Of a stretch of DNA of 64,000 bases, positions 59,731 to 64,000 are shown one piece after another. The notes under the pieces were generated by a model. The model was not told the origin of the DNA. It was given only the letters and a program-made list of their open reading frames with translations, and made no database searches. The translations under genes were made by a program, and so were the position numbers. Origin of the DNA: Candidatus Latescibacterota bacterium (GTDB lineage: Bacteria; Latescibacterota; UBA2968; UBA8231); NCBI GenBank assembly GCA_965197905.1, contig CBDAOB010000003.1:576001-640000 (forward strand), read 5' to 3'. Position 1 is the first letter of the stretch; each line of letters begins with the position of its first letter.

Positions 59731-60927
59731 GTGCCCGCATCGAAGAAGATACTCTTGATAGGTGGCGGCATAGTCGGGTTGGCGACCGCCTTCAAGATCC
59801 TCCGCTTGTTACCTGACAGCACCGTTTGCGTTCTCGAAAAGGAGGACGGCGTAGGCAAACATCAGAGCAGCCACAACAGTGGTGTGCTGCACGCCGGTCT
59901 CTACTATACACCTGGTTCCCTCAAAGCGCGCTTGGCAGTAGACGGCATCAAGCAGATGGTGGCGTTTTGTCGCCAGTTCGACGTCGCCCACGACGTCTGC
60001 GGCAAACTGGTGGTCGCCCACGACCAGAGCGAGGTCGAACCATTGGAGCGCTTGCTACAGCAGGGTGCGAGAAACGGTCTTCACGATCTCGAGATCCTAA
60101 CACGGGAACAGATGCTGGACCTGGAACCGCACGCTGGTGGTCTGGCAGCCCTGCGCGTCCCCGAGGAGGGCATCGTCGACTACCCTAGGGTCTGTGCCGT
60201 TCTGGTTCAGCAGATCGAGCGTATGGGAGGCCGCGTCGTGACCGGCGCTCGCGTCGAGCGCTTGGTTGCCACCAACGCCGGGTGGACGGCCGAAACCCCG
60301 CTCGGCGACTTTGCCGGAAGTCATCTCGTTAGCTGCGCTGGCTTGCAGGCCGATCTCGTCAGCGAGATCGCAGGTGAGAAGCGCGAGCTTCGCATCATCC
60401 CGTTTCGCGGGGAATTCTACCAGCTCAAAGCCGACCGCGAGCATCTTGTAAGAAATCTCATCTATCCGGTGCCGCGGGTTGGTTTTCCGTTTCTCGGCGT
60501 GCACTGCACCCGGCTAATCAACGGTGGCATCGAAGTGGGACCCAACGCGGTGCTGGCAACGGCTCGGGAAGGATATCGAAAAACCGATCTGAACCTAGCG
60601 GAAGCTTTGGATGCGTTGGGTTATCCCGGACTCTGGCGGTTTATCTACCGCAACCGCAAAATGTGCGCTTTTGAGCTTTCGCTGTCATTGAGCAAGAAGA
60701 GATTCTGCACTGCCTTGAGGCGTTTGATACCGGAGCTTGAGGTGGGCGATCTGGTCCCGGGGCACCGTGGGGTCAGGGCACAGGCGATGACCCCGGGCGG
60801 TGAGCTGGTATACGATTTTACCATCATTGAGCGGCCGCGAGCGCTCCACCTTCTCAACGCACCTTCACCGGCCGCAACCGCTTCGCTTGCCATCGGCGAG
60901 GAGATCGCCCGCCGCCTTCTCGCTTGA
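59731..60927 (+). CDS. lhgO: L-2-hydroxyglutarate oxidase
   Basis: IGGGIVGLA, HQSSHNSGVLHAGLYY.PGSLKA, PFRGE, IYPVP, FPFLGVH, GVRAQA, NAPSPAATASL.IG. Confidence 0.93.
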   Translation: MPASKKILLIGGGIVGLATAFKILRLLPDSTVCVLEKEDGVGKHQSSHNSGVLHAGLYYTPGSLKARLAVDGIKQMVAFCRQFDVAHDVCGKLVVAHDQSEVEPLERLLQQGARNGLHDLEILTREQMLDLEPHAGGLAALRVPEEGIVDYPRVCAVLVQQIERMGGRVVTGARVERLVATNAGWTAETPLGDFAGSHLVSCAGLQADLVSEIAGEKRELRIIPFRGEFYQLKADREHLVRNLIYPVPRVGFPFLGVHCTRLINGGIEVGPNAVLATAREGYRKTDLNLAEALDALGYPGLWRFIYRNRKMCAFELSLSLSKKRFCTALRRLIPELEVGDLVPGHRGVRAQAMTPGGELVYDFTIIERPRALHLLNAPSPAATASLAIGEEIARRLLA

Positions 60928-60984
60928 GACTGGCCCAAAGACCCGAAATAAACCGGAGTGTCCCAACTGATGGTGACACTCGCG

Positions 60985-63351
60985 TCAGGGCGTCTCCGAG
61001 TGGGATTCGATTTCCTCGATGGTCGTGCTCACCACGTCCACGGCGGTACCACCCGACCGCACCTCTGCCAACCGCTCTAACAACCGATGCAGTGCTTGGA
61101 CCTCTCCCTGAGATCGGTAGAGAGCGGCGAGCTGTGCCGCGATTCGGCAGAGGTCAGCGACCTGACCCTGATCCAGGAATCGCACCTCCCGCTGCATGAC
61201 CTGGTGCCACACATCCGCCGCCTCATCCACGCGACCCATTTTCTGTAATACGACGCCCAGGTTGGAATGGATTCGCAGGTTGTCGGCGTCGAGGGCTCTG
61301 GCATTCGCGTAAGCCTCCCGCGCCGCGTTTAATCGTCCGGCTGCGTAGTTGGCGTTTCCCAGGGTAAAATAGATCTGACCGTTTGCGGCGCCGGCTGCCA
61401 CCGCCGCACCCAGCAGGTGTGTCACCTTTTCGTATTCGCGGTCGGTGAACAAAAGCTCCGCAAGGCCGGTGTAGGGTCGATGGTTAGTGGGTGCCAGGTC
61501 AATGGCCGTGCTGAAGGAGGCTGCCGCCGCTTTGCGTTCTCCGGATTGAAGCAACAGGTCTGCCTGCAACAGCAGGAGATCCGCCGTGGGCCCAATGGCA
61601 ATAGCACGTTTTGCCATGCTTGTCGCTTCCTCGGTCTTGCCGCTGTTCATGAGGCTTCGTGCCGCCCAATAGAGGATCTCGCGGTCTTGTGGCCAACGAC
61701 GGATGGATGCCGTGGCAACGGCTGCCGCCTTGTCGAAATCGCCGAGGGCGTAGGTCGACCCGATAATTCCCATGACCGTGATCCGCTTTTCGGGTTGGTA
61801 TCTCAACGAGATGCGAAACGCCTCGAGGGCGCGGTCGTAACTTCCCTTCTGGTAGTACCCCTTTCCCATGTTGTGGTAGAATCCGGCCAATCGCTCTCTG
61901 GCATTCTCCCCCGAGGTTTCTAGCTCGATCACGGCGGTCTCTATTCGCCGTCGACCGATGTCGCGGAGAGCGGGTGCCGGGGCCAACGACTCGATGACAC
62001 CTTGCAGCGCCTGCAGACCCGCACTCTGCGGAAATTCAGCCAGACCGCGCCGGAGATGCTCCAGGTAACCCGATCCTGTGGTCATGCTCAAACTGACCAG
62101 GTACACGAAAGCCGGCTCACGGGGCACGAGGTCGCTTCCCCTGCCGAGGGCGGTGTTCAATTGCTCCAGACTGCTCTCGGTTTTATTGATCACCATGTGG
62201 TGACGCGCTGCCAGGTAGAGGGAGTAGGCCAGGGCGTTTCTCAACGCTACCGTCGAGGCCATTAGTATCACGAGGATGGCACACGTTTGGAGAGCCTCGC
62301 TGACGCGCCGGCCGACCCGCTTTGCAGCACCCATCGTTGCGATTTGCAGACACCAGGCGAGGACCACGCTCGTTCCAGCACTCGGAAGATAGAGATACCG
62401 CGATGCAACCTCGGTTGAGCTGGTCGAGAACAACAAAGCCGCGGCAATCGGCCAGGAAGCCCATATGCGGATCTCCGCGAATCGCCATGCGATCCCCAGT
62501 AAGAGCCCGAGGACCAATAGTCCGAAGTACGGTTCCCAACTGTAGAAGAAGTGCGCGGGCACCCAGAACCAATGCGCGGTGCTGACTAGGCGCCCCACGA
62601 GCAGGAGGAAGTAACTCGTCACTTGAGCTGCGTTCAGACCGTCTACGGCCTGGACAACCTGAGGCGCGTCATGGTAGAAAAGCAGCAGCCAGCAGACGGA
62701 GCCCGCCAGAACAACCGCCAGTGGCAGCAGTGTCCTGACGCTCTTTCGTGCGGTCTGGCGTTGCTGACAGGCGAGCAGGTAACATGCCGGCAATACCGCC
62801 GTGGCCGCGACGTGCGACAGCGTGCCGAGGAGAGCCGCACCGTAGGTCGCCGCCAACCACCAACGTGTGGTGCCCCGAAGATATTCCCGGTAGCAGAGAA
62901 GAGTCGCGAGGGATCCGATGAGGGCGAGCGGATAGGCCAGCGCCGACACCCAGTGAACGGCCCGGAAATGCCCGGCATGCAGGAGAAAGAAAATCCCCGC
63001 CACCAACGCGACGCGCAGCTGCAGTCCAGAGCGCCAGGTGGCCACAGCCAGCAACGCGCTGGCCACTATATGCAGCGCTATGTTGAGAAGGTGGAACGGA
63101 GCGCTGCCGTCTCCCCAGATCCTGAATCCGAGATAGAAGACCAGCTGGGTTGCCGGTCGCCCCGCAAGTTCCAGCTCCGGAGAGAGGATCTGCGAAAAGT
63201 CCCCCACCATCTTGGAGCTGTTTTCAAAATATCCAACGTCGTCGGTATCGACGGGCAGGTCGGCCACCCCACTCAGCGCCAGCCAGGTCATGAGGATAAC
63301 AACCGGAACGAAGAGCATCAGGGTCTTCGGAAGGATACCGTCCAACCCCAT
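60985..63351 (-). CDS. Multi-TM GT-C-like (TMTC-like) protein with TPR repeats
   Basis: DTDD, GRP, FHLLNIALH, HFRAVHWVSA, SRYLYLP, many TPRs. Paralog of 15297..17210. Confidence 0.78.
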   Translation of the reverse strand: MGLDGILPKTLMLFVPVVILMTWLALSGVADLPVDTDDVGYFENSSKMVGDFSQILSPELELAGRPATQLVFYLGFRIWGDGSAPFHLLNIALHIVASALLAVATWRSGLQLRVALVAGIFFLLHAGHFRAVHWVSALAYPLALIGSLATLLCYREYLRGTTRWWLAATYGAALLGTLSHVAATAVLPACYLLACQQRQTARKSVRTLLPLAVVLAGSVCWLLLFYHDAPQVVQAVDGLNAAQVTSYFLLLVGRLVSTAHWFWVPAHFFYSWEPYFGLLVLGLLLGIAWRFAEIRIWASWPIAAALLFSTSSTEVASRYLYLPSAGTSVVLAWCLQIATMGAAKRVGRRVSEALQTCAILVILMASTVALRNALAYSLYLAARHHMVINKTESSLEQLNTALGRGSDLVPREPAFVYLVSLSMTTGSGYLEHLRRGLAEFPQSAGLQALQGVIESLAPAPALRDIGRRRIETAVIELETSGENARERLAGFYHNMGKGYYQKGSYDRALEAFRISLRYQPEKRITVMGIIGSTYALGDFDKAAAVATASIRRWPQDREILYWAARSLMNSGKTEEATSMAKRAIAIGPTADLLLLQADLLLQSGERKAAAASFSTAIDLAPTNHRPYTGLAELLFTDREYEKVTHLLGAAVAAGAANGQIYFTLGNANYAAGRLNAAREAYANARALDADNLRIHSNLGVVLQKMGRVDEAADVWHQVMQREVRFLDQGQVADLCRIAAQLAALYRSQGEVQALHRLLERLAEVRSGGTAVDVVSTTIEEIESHSETP

Positions 63352-63376
63352 TTCAACGCGATTCCCCGAACCCACG

Positions 63377-64000
63377 CTACCCGCAGAGACGTCTGTATTC
63401 GCGGTGCACTTCGGCATGGAGATCGGCGGTTGCTTCCGGGGTCTCGGCGTAGCCACCCGAGAGGAGCAGAACCATTGGAATCTTGGCGTCTAGCCCGGCG
63501 CGCAACACCAGGCGCTCGCGCTCCCTGATGCCTTCGTGGCTCAAGTCGAGACGTCCGTAGCGGTCGCCGGACACCGGGTCCACCCCCGCCAGAAAGAAGA
63601 TCAGATCCGGCGCTGCCGTAGCAATCACGTGCGGCAAATGGTAGCCCACTTGCTCCAAATAGGTCTCGTCGCCGGTGGCATCGGGCAATGCCACGTCCAG
63701 CGTCGACTCCGCTTTGACGAACGGGTAATTGCGTTCTCCATGCATCGAAAATGTATAGGTGCCGGGATCGTCCCGGAAGATGGCGGCGGTGCCGTTCCCT
63801 TGATGTACATCGAGATCGAGTACCAAAGCCCGGGCGATTCGCCCCTCGCGCTGCAAGACTCGAATGGCAACGGCCACATCGTTGAGCACGCAGAAGCCCT
63901 CACCGTGTCCGGCGAACGCGTGGTGGGTCCCCCCGGCCAGATTCGCGGCGACACCATCCTCAAGCGCCATGCGGGAGGCATTGACCGTACCCTGGACGGC
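63377..64000 (-). CDS. Histone deacetylase family protein (5' end outside window)
   Basis: NLAGGTHHA, GFCVLND, DLDVHQGNGT, AGVD...GD, GGY. Confidence 0.93.
   Translation of the reverse strand, partial: AVQGTVNASRMALEDGVAANLAGGTHHAFAGHGEGFCVLNDVAVAIRVLQREGRIARALVLDLDVHQGNGTAAIFRDDPGTYTFSMHGERNYPFVKAESTLDVALPDATGDETYLEQVGYHLPHVIATAAPDLIFFLAGVDPVSGDRYGRLDLSHEGIRERERLVLRAGLDAKIPMVLLLSGGYAETPEATADLHAEVHREYRRLCG

Noticed and set aside
1..64000. CRISPR arrays, tRNA/rRNA genes, IS elements or integrases
   Set aside because: No regularly spaced repeats, cloverleaf or rRNA signatures, or transposase/integrase ORFs were seen by eye. Intergenic spaces are short.

Overview
A GC-rich, gene-dense bacterial window with about 55 CDS. 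The gene mix (T9SS/FlgD-Ig-tailed secreted protein, five PhyH-family Fe/2OG dioxygenases, two enolase-superfamily enzymes, orphan fliG, TMTC-like TPR membrane proteins) suggests an FCB-group, Latescibacterota-like metagenomic genome; this placement is inference. I saw no rRNA, tRNA, CRISPR array or intact mobile element. Two candidate systems stand out. (1) An 88-aa DUF5069-like gene missed by the ORF track (12242..12508, minus strand) has an in-frame TGA where the family has Cys, followed directly by a bacterial SECIS-like hairpin. It is a candidate selenoprotein, inside a five-gene run with a LecA-like lectin, an atypical APH-fold kinase and an HxG-type PhyH. (2) A minus-strand locus of about 11.7 kb encodes a sensor kinase, a sigma54 activator, a coiled-coil protein, an OM barrel, a near-consensus sigma54 promoter, then an OprO/P-like porin, CotH-like kinase, membrane protein, VTC polyphosphate polymerase, DUF4956 and PAP2 phosphatase. 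It is a candidate envelope polyphosphate synthesis/export/phosphotransfer system. Also present: a dnaE2-imuB mutagenesis cassette with a candidate LexA box, Ni-SOD, and a prophage late promoter/terminator/terminase-like remnant fused to a sulfatase fragment. Five frameshifts and one premature TAG probably include sequencing or assembly errors. Family calls come from motif recognition, not database searches.
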